In this document: positions 51,401 to 64,000 of the stretch, in pieces | Position numbering within the stretch: the first letter of the stretch is position 1 | Layout of the letters: each line of letters begins with the position of its first letter | Assembly: GCF_008831285.2 (NCBI RefSeq) | Contig: NC_045138.2 | Span: 32,302,001 to 32,366,000 of the forward strand | DNA: 64,000 nucleotides | Direction: 5' to 3' | Source: Nymphaea colorata | Taxonomy: Eukaryota | Position numbers and translations under genes: made by a program | Notes under the pieces: generated by a model | The model's input: only the letters and a program-made list of their open reading frames with translations | The model's database searches: none | What the model was told of the DNA's origin: nothing

Positions 51401-53256
51401 TAATTGCAGCACTAATAATTATTAGCGGCCCATTGTTGTTTCACTATTAAGTTAGTCATGTAGTTCAAAACTGAAAATAATTGACTGTGCCACTAAAATG
51501 TGCTCCCATCCCTCCTCCCAAAAAGCAAGAGAGGTAGCTCAAAGAGTACTGCCATTTGCATGTTTCATCCACAATATTGACCTTTTTACTGCAACTGTTT
51601 ATGAAAAACAGTAATACATTGACTGATAGAATCAATGTAACAATAAATGCCAAAGTATCTAAAGCATGAATTATCTTTAGAAACAAATAAAAGAATGCAG
51701 TAGTGGCCCTTATAAGCAACTAATGCAACAAAGCACTACGTTATGTGCTAGAACAATTTTGTATTATAAATCATATTATTCCACACTCTCATCCCATGAC
51801 ATTCTTTTGTTAGACAATACTGCTCTATATGTGTGTGTGTGTATGTGCGTGTGTTGTGAACTGCAAAATTTCTGCAGATTACAAGTCAAAAGTCACAAGA
51901 GAAAGGCCTATCGAACATTTTGAGTTGTGAAAATGAGCCTAGTACCTAGAAATCCTTAATAGTGTTTATTCATTTGATATTGCTGGAAAGCAATGATGCT
52001 AAAAAGTATCTCTTCAGAGACTAGTTGATAGTATAAATATTTCATGAACAATTAGATGGGGATTAAATTTGATAAATGGAGAGAAAACTATTGAACAAAA
52101 ATTAAGAATTCAACACATTTACATTGCGAGTCAGTTTAAACTATAACATGAAAACAGAAAAATCTTAGATCTTTATACAAGCACAAAATAGAAGTGGTTG
52201 TTAATGAATAGTGAGATTCAAATGGTTTAGATACCAAAGTATCTAAAGCAACAAACACTGACTTCATAAAAAGTTCAAGTCTAAAATTCTTGAAGCTTTG
52301 TAAGTTACAAATTCAGTTATGCACCAAAATAAATAAAGGAGGAATGATCCAAGCGTGATTCATACTGTGTAATTTCCTCTTGCACCCAAAAGAAAAGAAT
52401 GTCCTTGTTGTATCCTTAATATGAGAGCAATAAGTACAAATTTTTCTACTCTAGAAGGCTGCAATTTTATGCTATCATGAACTTGTTCCTGTGTAAGAGC
52501 TCCACAAAATTAAACATGAATAATGGTCCAGGAAAACATAACACTAAATGTCCCATTTAAGTTCATTGTTTTCATATCAAATTTATTGAACAAAAATTAT
52601 CTCTCACTTGTGAAATTATTAGTATTTGAATGTTGAATGATGATTTTGTGATGAAACTTAAAAGAATATGACTACCATAACTATAAAACGCACTAGCTGC
52701 TCCACTATATATGCCAATTCATGTGGACCTAAGAAGCCCAAATGTTTCACATATAATTATTTTACACCAGTTAATTTGTTTCCTATCACATGCAAATTAA
52801 AGAACCAGTATGACCACCTCTGAACTTTAGTTGGCCGATGGTGATAGTTGCTACTACTAAGTGCAATTACAACAGCATAATCTAGCTTTTGTACTTAGAG
52901 AAATTAAGCTAACATATCTCTAACAAAAACTAACTACCTTCATCATAAAATATAGATCTGTTGAGCTCCATGGTCCAGATGGGTTTCAAAGGAAATGTAG
53001 TATTAAAAAAAAATGATTTCCATACATGTTTGTTAACCCTATAATATATTACTAATAAAAGAAACTTCTAGATCTAGTATCAAAGCTGTAAGGCATAAAT
53101 TTCCACACTTGCTGGCTACTTTAAATCAATTCAGTTTTGGGAAAAACAGAGATGACACAAAGCTTAACAACAATGAGCAACAAGAAAATCCGCTACTATG
53201 GCAAAGATCCCTCCCCTCTAAAATGCCTTGGAAAGCAAATGATAAAGAGAGGTAAT

Positions 53257-53304
<48 letters not shown>

Positions 53305-53364
53305 ACCATATTAGAAGGAGAAAGAGGGAGGAAAAAGTTGTTAGGTTGCGGATGGTGATTAGCC

Positions 53365-53420
<56 letters not shown>

Positions 53421-54406
53421 TGCGTGTGTGTACCTCTATCATCAATGGAAGAGAGCTTGTGATTTAATGCCAATGAAGAGGGAAGAAGGAAAAAAGATCA
53501 AAACAACAAAAGAGGGAAACTTAGTGAAGAAGAGGTAAATGGAGGAAAAAACCAGCCACAAAAGAAGCATTTTTACTGAAAATTGCGTTTCAAAGACGAA
53601 AAGTAAGCCAGCCAAATAAAACGGTAAAAAAATAATAAAATGGTAAAAAAATGCCAAAACCCCCTTTCCCCCCTTTTTTGGGTTTAGGTGATTTTTCATG
53701 TTTTTTTAATGCCAACATGCTTGCTTTCATTTTCTAATTTTTATTTGTTGCTTGTCCCCTTATTTTTTGGTGTTGTCTTATTAGTTTCTCATTTGTTTTA
53801 TTTTCTCTAACTTTGAAGATTTTTTAATTTTTTAAAAATTTTACCACATTTTTCATTTTTTCAAATTTGTATTATACCCCAGAAAATCCTTGCCATCTAA
53901 AACACAAAAATGATATTTGTGACTATCGAAAAAACAAGAGTAAAATAAATTCCATGCTAGAGTTTGTAGTGAAGTAGTTGTGATGCAACTTGTCATTGCA
54001 ACAGGGAAGAATCCATGCACATGTTTTGTGCAACTGAAGAGAAGGGCTTTAAGTTGGCATTTGGCGTTGCATAAGAGAATTAGGTTGTGATAGCTTTGAT
54101 GCACCTCGATACTGCACCAAGGAATGGAAGTCATATACGCCTATGATGCAACTTAATCATGCACTAAAGAACAAGATGCATTGTGATGCCACACACCTCT
54201 CAGTGCAAAGTGGGTTATATACGCCATGCTGTGTATGAAATTTTTGTGTGCCAATTTAATCATGACAAAAAATACCCTTGATTTATATAAAAAGTAAACT
54301 TTTGTAGGGACAAAAAAAAAAGAAAAATTTTGGAATTCCATAAAGCTCAAACATATTAATCTGCACATATCATTATGACCAATATATCACTTTGAATGCT
54401 AAAAAA

Positions 54407-54902
54407 GTGTCATCATTTTTTTTGTCCCTCTCATGTCGTTATTTCATACAATTGTCATTATCTCATACTCCTACTGTTATTTTTTACAAATTATCTTATA
54501 CATCAGTCATTATTTCATACTCGCAATCACATACCCTTGTCATCATCTCATACCCCTGTCATTATCTTTTATCGTACCATGGGTAGGAGATAATAACATG
54601 TGTATGAGATAACAACATGAGTATGATAATAGCAAAGGTATGAGATAATGAATATGAGATATTATGTGTATGAGAATAGGTATGAGATAACGATATGGGT
54701 ACAATAATGATAGTGGTATGAGATAATGAGCATGAGATAGTGACAGAGGTATGATAATGACAGGGCATGAGATAGTGACAGAAATATGATAATGATAGAA
54801 ATATGAAATAATGACACATATATAATAATAGGGGTATGAGACAATGAGTATGAGGTAATGACAAATATATGAGATAATGACAAAGGTATGAGATAATTAC
54901 AT
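54407..54902. repeat. Array of degenerate short repeats (consensus GTATGAGATAATGAC) in head-to-head orientation
   Basis: Roughly 8 units read GTCATTATCTCATAC left of ~54578, and roughly 19 units read GTATGAGATAATGAC right of it (counted by eye). Confidence 0.85.
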
Positions 54903-55415
54903 GGTTAAGAATATTTGTTGTATACATGTAATCTTGAAGTAATGAAGTAAATGTGTATATTGGCAGTAAGGTCCACTTGTTATGTACATGGAGTGGCATG
55001 CAGAACTCGTTTTCCTCTTAGTAAGTGTGCATATGCTGTCTATGGCACACCTCAGTTGAGGATTGGAGAACAAGCCCACCTCCTGTGATAGTTTGTGCTA
55101 GGGAATTAATCACGGCTTCAATTCTTCTCTTAAGAGGAAATTTCCAACAAGAATACTACACTTTGGAACATGTTGTCTCATGAATGTGTTCTAAAGCTTT
55201 TGAATGTGTCCATTGTTTGGAACATATTCATGAAATTTTTGTTCCAAAGTATATAGGGCTCTTGTCTACATTAGCCATTCATGTGTCACAAGGGAGAACT
55301 CTTGTAGTGACATGCAATTATGAGAGGTTGTATCTCAAACATTCTTTCTCCAATTACAACCTTAAAAGTAAGGCTATTTTTCGTTCGTCTTTTGGCAAAT
55401 AACCATTGACAGTAC

Positions 55416-55549
55416 TTTTCGTGTATGTTTGATTTGTGAGGTTGGAAACATGAAATGGAATGTTCAATGCAGTTTTAAACGTTTTTTCGTGTATGTTTGA
55501 TTTGTGAGGTTGAAAACATGAAATGGAATGTTCAATGCAGTTTTAGACG
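55416..55549. repeat. Tandem duplication, 2 x ~68 bp
   Basis: TTTTCGTGTATGTTTGATTTGTGAGGTTG...AATGCAGTTTTA is repeated. Confidence 0.9.
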
Positions 55550-55631
55550 CTTGTATCCATTCATTTCACATACCACAAGGGTGCATTCAATGACTAGTGT
55601 TTGTCTGATAGGGTAACTAGCATCTTGAGAC

Positions 55632-55976
55632 TAAGCTTGGGCATCAGGCTGGCCCGGCCCAACCCGATAATGAGTCGGGCTTGGGCTAGTCCAACACCTG
55701 AAACCCGGGCCCGGCCCCTGGCGGACAATGGCCCCAGCCCCAGCCTAGCCCTTGCGAAGCTTGATTAAATTGTAAAAAAATATATTTACAGTATAAAATA
55801 ATATATAAATAGAATTAATAGTAACAAAATATTATAGTTATATATAAACTTTAATAAAATAAATATTAAAAAATTTATCATGCACACCCGGGCCAGCCCA
55901 GTGCCCTTTTTTCTGGTCTCAAAGCCAGGCCAGGTACCTAGCATCTACCGGTAGCCTGGCCCAGTGCCCAGGCTTA
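55632..55976. mobile_element. hAT-like MITE
   Basis: TIR TAAGCTTGGGCA...TGCCCAGGCTTA; imperfect 8-bp TSD CTTGAGAC/CATGTGAC. Confidence 0.8.
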
Positions 55977-56660
55977 CATGTGACACCCTAATCTAGCAAC
56001 AAGGTGCATCATGTCCTAGACACTCTTTGCAGACTTGCAGTGTTGCATGCTATGATAGTTTCATTACATAATGAAGATTGTCCTCGATATTCTTTCTGAT
56101 TGTGGTTATTTCCAATAAAATTGGATTTGATAATGTTTCAATGCATTTTTGAGACATTTCATCTTATTGACATTTTTATAGAAACTTGTATCATCTTACT
56201 CGAACTTGCATAAAATACAATTAGGTCTATCTTAAAATTTACAAAAACTTTTTTTTTTTAAATGTTGTTGCCATGGAAGTGTTAAAATGCTCAATCCACC
56301 TTTGACCCGCTTTGAAACTCATTGACATCCGCTTTCACAATGTTGATCTTTTGAAGGAAACCCATTGACATACATGTAAAGTTAAATTCCATTCTGCACC
56401 GTTCTTAAAACAGATTTATTTTCTTTGTAAGTGCTTATAAATATCTCTCAATAATGATCAAGGCAACGGGTAATCTATTACCAGAATTTTGCTTGTCTTC
56501 CTCTTTACGTCTGCCATTTTCCTTGCTTTGTTTTTCGGCATGCTCTTATCTCTGTTTTAACATTGTTCTTTCCATCAAATGCGCTTTAAGAGTTCTTTGT
56601 TTACTGTCCTTGAAGATTGTAAATATCCTTTTTTGCTGACTAAAAAGTTCTTCCCTTGAT

Positions 56661-58730
56661 GGCTTGGTTGGAGGGAAAAAGAGAGATTAAACAATCATTC
56701 CTTTGTTTGGTTGGTTAATTAGAAATAAATGAAAAGAGACAAAGTGTGTGGCTAAGAAAATGGAGGAAAAAAATATGATAGATTATTGTAAATTCAATGA
56801 GATTGGGAGGGAAAGAAAAAAAATGAAGAAATAGATATGAGAACTCAAAGAAACGGAAGAAGAAGCAAGAGCAAAGGAGAAAAAAACTGTCGTCTCCTTT
56901 CCCTCCACGAGAAACTGTTGCCTCCTTTCCCTCCACGAGAAACAGTCCACACCTCTCCTTTCCCTCCACGAGAAACAGTCCACACCTGCTGCTTCTCCTT
57001 CCCCTCCATGAAAAACAGGACACACCTGCTGCGACAACCCTGTTCCAACGCCGTCTGAGGAGTGCTGTGACACTAGTTGCTGCGTTTTTCTGATTTTTTG
57101 GTTGCTGGGTTTTTCTGATTTTGTTGCTGCCCACCGTCGTTTACTTGTGGTTTCGGTTGGTATCATGTGCTTCCTTCTCGTTTTCGATCCTAAAATCGGC
57201 TTACCTTTCTTCCATTTCTGCATATTTTTGTCTGAAATGTTCCAATTGAACAGTCTATGTTTCTGCCGATCCCTCTGTTTGCTTATCTCTTCAGTGTCTC
57301 CAAGATGTTCATTTCTCCACTTTGTTTTGGAGTCAACTAGGTCGTTGTTTTCGCATATATTTCTGTCAGAAAGTTGCGATCTTACAGTTGGTGTCTGCTG
57401 TAATTCTTCAGAGGTACCGTTGGGTAGGATTGCTATTTTTTTCCGGTAAGCTCTTGAGTTTGGCAAGAATCTCTAACTTGTTGGCAAATATTAATAGTTT
57501 AACTCGAAATGTACAGCAACAGAAGATAGGTCAGGCAATAGCAGACCCAACTTACATGAAACTTTTGTCTTGTCTCTTGATTCTTGAGTGAAATTAGTTC
57601 AATTTAAACGGGAATAATTTCTCTGGTTTCATGTAATTGGGCTAGTTCATTATTGAAAATCAGCGATCATTGAAAACAAATCCCTCGGTTGACCATACAT
57701 TGCTGCCCGATTGGCCCTCGGCTGATGACCATACATTGTTGCTCGATCGCCCCTCGGCTGATGAATACATCGGCTTCCAGTTGCCCCTCCACTGGCTGAC
57801 CCACCGCCAACTGCCACACCACTGCATTCCCTGTTTTGTCCACTTCGCTTCAACTCTTTTGCACAATGGCAACTTCTATTTTGTTTTTCCCTTTTTCTAT
57901 CTTTTGATTTTTCATTTCTCTAGGTGCACCACCAGAGGAAACACTCTCTTTCATGATCAAATTTCTGATGAATCAAATATAACTGGGAACATCAGCTTTG
58001 AACGAGTTATGTGATATTCTTCAAAATATAACACGAATGGGCACATCAGCTTTTTACTAGTTATGTGATATTCTTCTAAACGAGTTACGTGATGTTCTCG
58101 CATAGGTCCTGTTCAAATTTGAAGTGAAACAGAGTTCGCTTGGGGCAGGAAAAGATCAAAACTCAACAATTTCAGCTTGCAATTTAGAGTTTCTGTGAGA
58201 CCAGAATCTGCACCAGATTCCAGCAGCAGGCGTCGTCAGCTCTGGTGCCGGAAAAGGTAGAGCATAGGTTCATTGGAAGCGCATGTATGTCAAGAATCTC
58301 TTTCAGAAATTTTTGAGTTTTGGTTGAAATTTTTCAATGGACCTCTATCGCTGGAGAGTTCCTGCACGGCTGATGAATAGGCGACGTTGAATTGCTTGAC
58401 GTGTCTATTATTTTTCTACCAAGTTTTATTATTTTTAAAGTTTTGATAGAAAAAATATTGAATTTACAAGCAGTGCTTTTTCTGAAACCTCTCATTTTTT
58501 AAATATTTTTACTGGAGGTATTATTGCAAAGTATTATAAATTTTATCATTTCTTTTCCTTTCTTTTATTTAGTCCAAACAAACATGAATTTTTAGTCTTT
58601 TCTTTTTTTTCCTTTCATTTCTTTTTCTATCCAAACAAACTTTTTAATCAATCTCTTTTCTTTCCATTCCATTCATTTTCCCATTTCTCTTCCCTTCCTT
58701 TCCTTTCCCTCCCTTTCCCTCCAACCAAGC
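56661..58730. mobile_element. Non-autonomous PIF/Harbinger-like element (~2.1 kb) with long imperfect TIRs and internal tandem repeats
   Basis: GCTTGGTTGGAGGGAAA at the left pairs with TTTCCCTCCAACCAAGC at the right, and complementarity continues loosely inward (TTTGTTTGG / CCAAACAAA). TTA lies next to the right end. Internal repeats at 56894-57030 (CTCCTTTCCCTCCACGAGAAAC x4) and 57682-57770. Confidence 0.7.
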
Positions 58731-60105
58731 ATTAGTCTCATGACCCTAGTTACCCTATCAGAGAACTCTTTAATATTCATAAGCGTGCATCTCATAAAAG
58801 TAAATGCTTTCTCAAGGGATTGAAGAGATTGCTCTTTAAACATTTTACATATTCAAAAAGTCTAGCATAAACAAATCCCTCCAAGTTAACACGATTTATA
58901 AGCTGTAAAGAATTTAAAGATGAAGGACCATCAGCTTTGCCTTGTTCAACATGTGTACATAGATTGACATGTTAACCATAGTGGCAGAGCTGAGGATTTT
59001 TTGGTTGAGGAGCATTCAAGCAACCGCTCATGTCTGGTGTGGGTACTAGGCACTCCATGTAATTTTTGAATCTTCACAGTATGATTTCACGTCCTTTTAG
59101 AGAAATTTTTATGGCTGATGACTGCCACTACCCACCACCAGCCTTCATGTATCTCTTCCAATAGTTCACTGTTCACTAACATTCAAGCACGAAAGTCCCA
59201 AGATTATTTTGAAACGTCTAATGGCAAATTAACATATCATTGCTACAAGAAAATATATATATATAATGCCGCCGTATTCTAAACCCACCATCATCGTTTG
59301 GATGAATTTTTTTCCTCATTGGATTAAAGTGATATTTTTGCATCATTTCTTCACAAATTAGAAATAAGTAGAGATATAGGAGTGTTTGGTATTGCTCCTA
59401 TTTCAACCTAAAAGGACAACACACAAGTTGGAGCAATCTGAAATGCAATTAGTTTTCTATGTCAATTAACCATAGGTCATTAGGTAGGGGAGAGGAAAAG
59501 AAGGCAACAAAATAGATAGTTTATGAAAGGAAAGGATATTGAAAAGGATCTGAGAATTTTTTTTTCGTTGAGGACATCTCAACCACACATTGTTTTTTCT
59601 AATATAATGGTTAATGACATTTTTAGTTGTAAAACGATAATTTTGTTTTCTGGGTTTTTAGTCCTGATAACATTTGGGAAAAAAATCTTGAAAAACTAAA
59701 ATAAAGTATTCAAATTTTGAATTTTCTCACTTGTCGATGTCTTTTTTATTAAATTAGTTTGTTTGTTTAAGGGTACTTGGAGAAATTCTAGTCCGTTTCT
59801 TTTCAAAAATTACGTTCATGACTAGGCGGCACAAGGTATCGCATTTTCAGTTTTTCACATACTTATTCATTGATGTATTATAATAGTCATTTGAGATGCA
59901 TCATGCCTTAATAAAAATAGCATTTAAGAATCTTGAACTCAAAATTAAAGAACATAGCCCATTTGGGCGTCGGTCTGCCGGATCCTACGAAAGGTTAGAG
60001 GCATTAGTGTTGACAGTTGGGAAACTCAAGAGGCGGGGAGGAGACAGACAGGTTGAGGAATTCATCAAGTTCACCGCCATTCGACAGCTCTTGTAAGTTC
60101 GAACC

Positions 60106-62643
60106 ATGAGTGGTGAAGTTCTACAGGAGAATGTTGGTACCACCAGATCAACTTGGTGGACAAGTCCTGAATGTAATCTGTTCGACGAATTGCCTGAAAA
60201 AGAACCAACCTTTCAGTTACACGTCTTAAAAGTCCGTCTCGCTGTGGAACAAGAGGCTACGCGATTGTTTCGATGGCGGCCGGCTGAAAGAAGCGTGCCA
60301 GCTGTTCGACGACATGCCGGAAAGGGATAAGGCATCCTGGGGAACGGTGATCTTCGGATACGGTAGAAACTGGCGTCCATCGATTTATTCGAAGAAATGC
60401 CTCACAGGAAGCATGTCGCTTGGAATTCGATGCTCTTGGCATATGTGAGTTCGAACCAACTTCAGCCTGCCCGTCACTTGTTCGGGGGAATGCCTCAAAG
60501 AAACTCGACCTTGTACTTGATCATGATCAATCGCTTGTCTCGAGGTTGGTCTGCGTCAGATGCACTCAACATGTTCAATTCAATGCCTTGCACTGTTCGG
60601 AACGTGGTCTTAATGATCGATGGACTGGCACATAATGGTGATAATCTCATTGCATTAAAGCTTTTCTCGTTCTTACACTCCAGCATGTGAGATGACAGGG
60701 TGACGCCTAGTGGCTTCACTGTAATGAAGTCATGTGTGGAGTTGAAATCCATTGCGTATAGTGCAGATTCACGCATTGAAAGTAAAGCCCAACTGTGGCG
60801 AGGGTGAGGAATCTGATTATATTTATAACTCGCTTATGAATATGTATGGTAAATGTAGAGATCTTGGTCAGACGGAGAATATATTTCACAGGTGACCACC
60901 TGTATCTCGTCCTTGTTTATAAGCTATGCAGTGGCAGATATCGATATTTTGCAATTACTGTATTTTAACGTCGTGTCTTAGATGGTAAAGTTTCTTAATT
61001 TGAAAAGATAACACATGTCATTTTTGTACATCAGCTTAACCTGATTGTGTCGTGGTTAATATCATAATTACAAGTATTTAACAAAATGGAGATTCTTTAA
61101 AAATATTTTTCTTTATGTTTTGATCTCCTTATAGCTGTAGTTTTGTATTTTTACTGTCTCCATGCTCACCTGTAAAACGGAGGACAAAACTTTTTTTATT
61201 TCTCTCAATAATTTATCTGCCCTTCTCTTTGTTATTTTAAATTTAAACATCTCTTCGGTTTGCCGCAATTATACAATTCTGTCTAAATAGTGGCAGACGT
61301 GCCTAATTGGGACCCAGATGGCCTGGATCATCATCAAATTAGAGCCAACATAACATTTTCAAGGTATGTGAATTTAAAATTTTCTTTTCAAAATACTGAT
61401 ACTAATGTAGCACTACATCTAGCTTGAAAGTGCAAAGTCATGTTTCTGTTTCTTGACAGGTTTCTGCTTGGACAGGTTGAAGAAGAAGGATTTGGTGTCA
61501 TTCAATCAAATCATGGATGGTCGGATCTAGCATCATTCAATTGATAAAGGCCAAATTATTTGTTGACATAATGAAAGAGAAGAATGTTATTTCTTGCAAT
61601 ATGATCTCAGGATTGTTAGAAAATGGTCATGGTGAAGAAGCTCTATGGCTTTTTGTACACCTGCTGCAATCATGGTCAGATTCAAAGTCAAACCTTTCAA
61701 CTTGTTCTATTGTTATAACTATTTGTTTTACTTTAGCAGCACTGGAACAGAGGAGAAAAATTCATGCAAAGATTATTAAGGTTGCTTATATGGTAGTAAT
61801 GTTTTTGTTGGCAACATTAATCAGCAATTCAAACATGTATTCAAACTGTGGATGCATATTAGAATCAGAAAAAGTGTTCAGGGAGATCATGGTTCACAAG
61901 GACATTATGTCATGTAAATTTGGAATGCTTTCATCTTAGGCCTTGGACAAAATGGATGTTCAAGAAAGGCTTTGGAAACTGCAGACACAGTTTTGGACAT
62001 AGCAAACCACAACACATTCATTGCAATATGATGAGGGGCTTGTAGCCATGGTGGCCTTGTTGATGAGGGGCTCAAATACTTTGGTTTAATGAATTCTAGG
62101 ACCTCCTTAAAACCAAGCTTGGATCATTACATTTGTGTTATAGACATGCTGGGAAGAGCAGGCAGAGTAAGTGAAGCATGAATGATAAGGGAGATGCCAT
62201 TTGTTGCAAATGTTGTAGTGTGGAGGAGCCTCCTTTCTTTATGTGTGGCTCATGGAGATCTGCATGTTGTAAATATTGCAGCTCAACAACTTCTGTCAGT
62301 TGAGCGTGACAGTGCTGAGATCTATATAATGTTAGCAAATATTTATGAAAAAAATGGGAGATTTGAGGAATCAAGGGACATCCCAGGGAGTTGGTGGGCA
62401 AAAGAGGATTGAAGGAGGAACCTGGTTGTGTCTGGATTAGAATGAGAAATCATATTCAAGCAGTGGCAGAGCTATGTTGTATATTATTTATATATAGAAA
62501 CTTCAATAATTTTCAGTTTCTTTTTTCTTTCTTTTTTCTTTTTTTCTTTTTTTTTTACATATGAATGCCCTTTGAAATTTAAACTTTTCCCTTTAGCCAG
62601 AAGTTTTCTGGCTCTGCCACTGATTCAAGGTTTTGTAGTTTGA
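60106..62643 (+). pseudogene. PLS-class (E/E+) pentatricopeptide repeat pseudogene
   Basis: PPR motifs (ACQLFDDMPERDKASWGTVIFGY; LFEEMPHRKHVAWNSMLLAY; NSLMNMYGKC; ACSHGGLVDEGLKYF; PSLDHYICVIDMLGRAGRVSEA) and E domains (VWRSLLSLCVAHG; YIMLANIY; KEEPGCVWI), with many frameshifts and premature stops, an intron-like insert (60892-61475) and a MITE (62461-62622). Confidence 0.92.
62461..62622. mobile_element. MITE inserted into the PPR E/E+ coding region
   Basis: Perfect 12-bp TIR CAGTGGCAGAGC...GCTCTGCCACTG, flanked by the direct repeat ATTCAAG. Confidence 0.9.
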
Positions 62644-63200
62644 ACAGGAGGGCAGGATCTGTTGCCAATGGCATGTAGAGAGAAGGAGAAAAAGGGCATA
62701 ATGCGGCCGACTTGGGCCAGACATGGGTTGCGCATGCACATGTACACACACACACACACACAGAAGAACATCTGTTCCGGCACAAGATGAGCACCAAGGA
62801 TGTGGTGCTGGATGGAGGGTGAAGCAGTGGTGCTGGAGCGAGTGAGCAGGTGTCCTAACTTGTGAAGGAGAGGAGGAAACTGCTTTAGGAATGAGGGGTC
62901 TCAGCGAAGCAAGGGAAGGTGGTAAAGATGGATGGGAAATGAAGAGTGCAACGTTAAGCGCGTAGTCCGTAACCATCTGATTTGTTTAAATCAGTGACCA
63001 TCTTTAGTGTTGATGCTTTCTATACTTGTTTTCCACGTAGAGTGCACCCAGTTTTACCAATAGTTTTTCATTTCTTCAAAATCTTATTGGGGAAGTGATT
63101 AATGGAATTCTGAGAAACCAAGCCTTGGATCATTAACTATGGTGTAAGAGCAAACTTCTTTAAATCTTAACGGATCGCACCTTTCAATGCGCATTTAAAT

Positions 63201-63251
<51 letters not shown>

Positions 63252-64000
63252 GACCCATGCAAAGGTTCAAACATTATAAAAAACGTCACATAAAAAACAA
63301 TTAATTTTGTTAAGATAAAAAGTAGTACCTCCACATGTTGAAGATTGACATTTTTTCCCTTTACCCTTATCCTGCCCTGGAAGTTGCGTAAGAATGCTGA
63401 AAACACATTTAAAGATCACGTTGTGCTTTTCAGTATTATTATTATTATCCTACTATTATAATAATTCATATATTTCCAACGAGCTTAGGTAATCCAAACT
63501 CAACCATGTGAAAAGGATTCGTGAAGAGGACTACCGACGACGTGAAATAGTCTTTTATTAAACGTATCCCGTGAGGACTATCGATTAGAAAAAATAAAAA
63601 AGTTTATCCTATCAATTTTTTCTTCATGAAAATCATTTGAAATCACTATAAGTAAATTCACATGGTAGCATTAAAATATTGCGTGTACATGTTGGCCAGT
63701 TCCAAGCAGTGGCGGAACTAGGCCTAGCCATGTATTGGCAGTTGCCCACACTGACCCACTTAATTTATTTTATTTGCACATTAGTTCCCACATATAATTT
63801 AATTTATTTAATTTATTACATATTGGTGCTGCCCTTTATATTTTGGATATGCAAATCCTTTTCTATCATCAAAGATACATACAATCATGGAAGAATGGGA
63901 ACTCGAATTATAGTACTCGAGCTTAAGGAGCTCAACTCAATCCGCCATAAATGTCCACATCCGCTAATATCTCCAGATTTACCCCAATCTGGAAACTTCG

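Noticed and set aside
47780..51720. Scattered exon-like pieces (49000-49230, 50500-50640, 50800-50860, 51480-51600, including a VAVKRS kinase-like word)
   Set aside because: They could not be assembled into a consistent frame or matched to a known family. BLASTX would be needed.
54407..54902. Possible CRISPR-like array
   Set aside because: The repeats are short and degenerate, the spacers are only a few bases, there are no cas genes, and the context is a plant nucleus.
56715..57591. 227-aa ORF and overlapping ORFs
   Set aside because: They lie inside a TIR-bounded element and across tandem repeats, with no transposase or other domain motif.
4241..63406. Many short ORFs with YIYI/ERER/CVCV runs
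   Set aside because: They are translations of (AT)n, (AG)n and (GT)n microsatellites.

Overview
Eukaryotic nuclear DNA from a flowering plant: AT-rich, microsatellite-rich, with spliceosomal introns and plant-type TEs. The species cannot be fixed from the sequence. Host genes, assigned by manual exon reconstruction and motif recognition: (1) the 5' part of a GIGANTEA gene on the minus strand, with six in-frame coding exons from 16373 to 10285; the remaining exons are not in the window, and a ~9.4-kb Ty1/copia nest lies where they would follow; (2) a complete 3-exon group IIc WRKY gene (WRKY13-like, 262 aa, minus strand, 37318-33016); (3) a decayed PLS/E-class PPR pseudogene (plus strand, ~60106-62643). 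The rest is TE and organellar debris: copia fragments, two TRIM mini-LTR elements, LINE fragments, many hAT-type MITEs, a nested PIF/Harbinger-like structure, a truncated hAT transposase and a plastid psbA insertion (NUPT). I see no evidence of a wholly new multi-gene system. The most interesting observations are an apparent intron gain inside a PPR motif, a GI copy that may be decaying or truncated, clock-type cis modules near and far from GI, a LINE family with a non-poly(A) 3' end, and a head-to-head short-repeat array. All alignments were done by eye; no database search was run.
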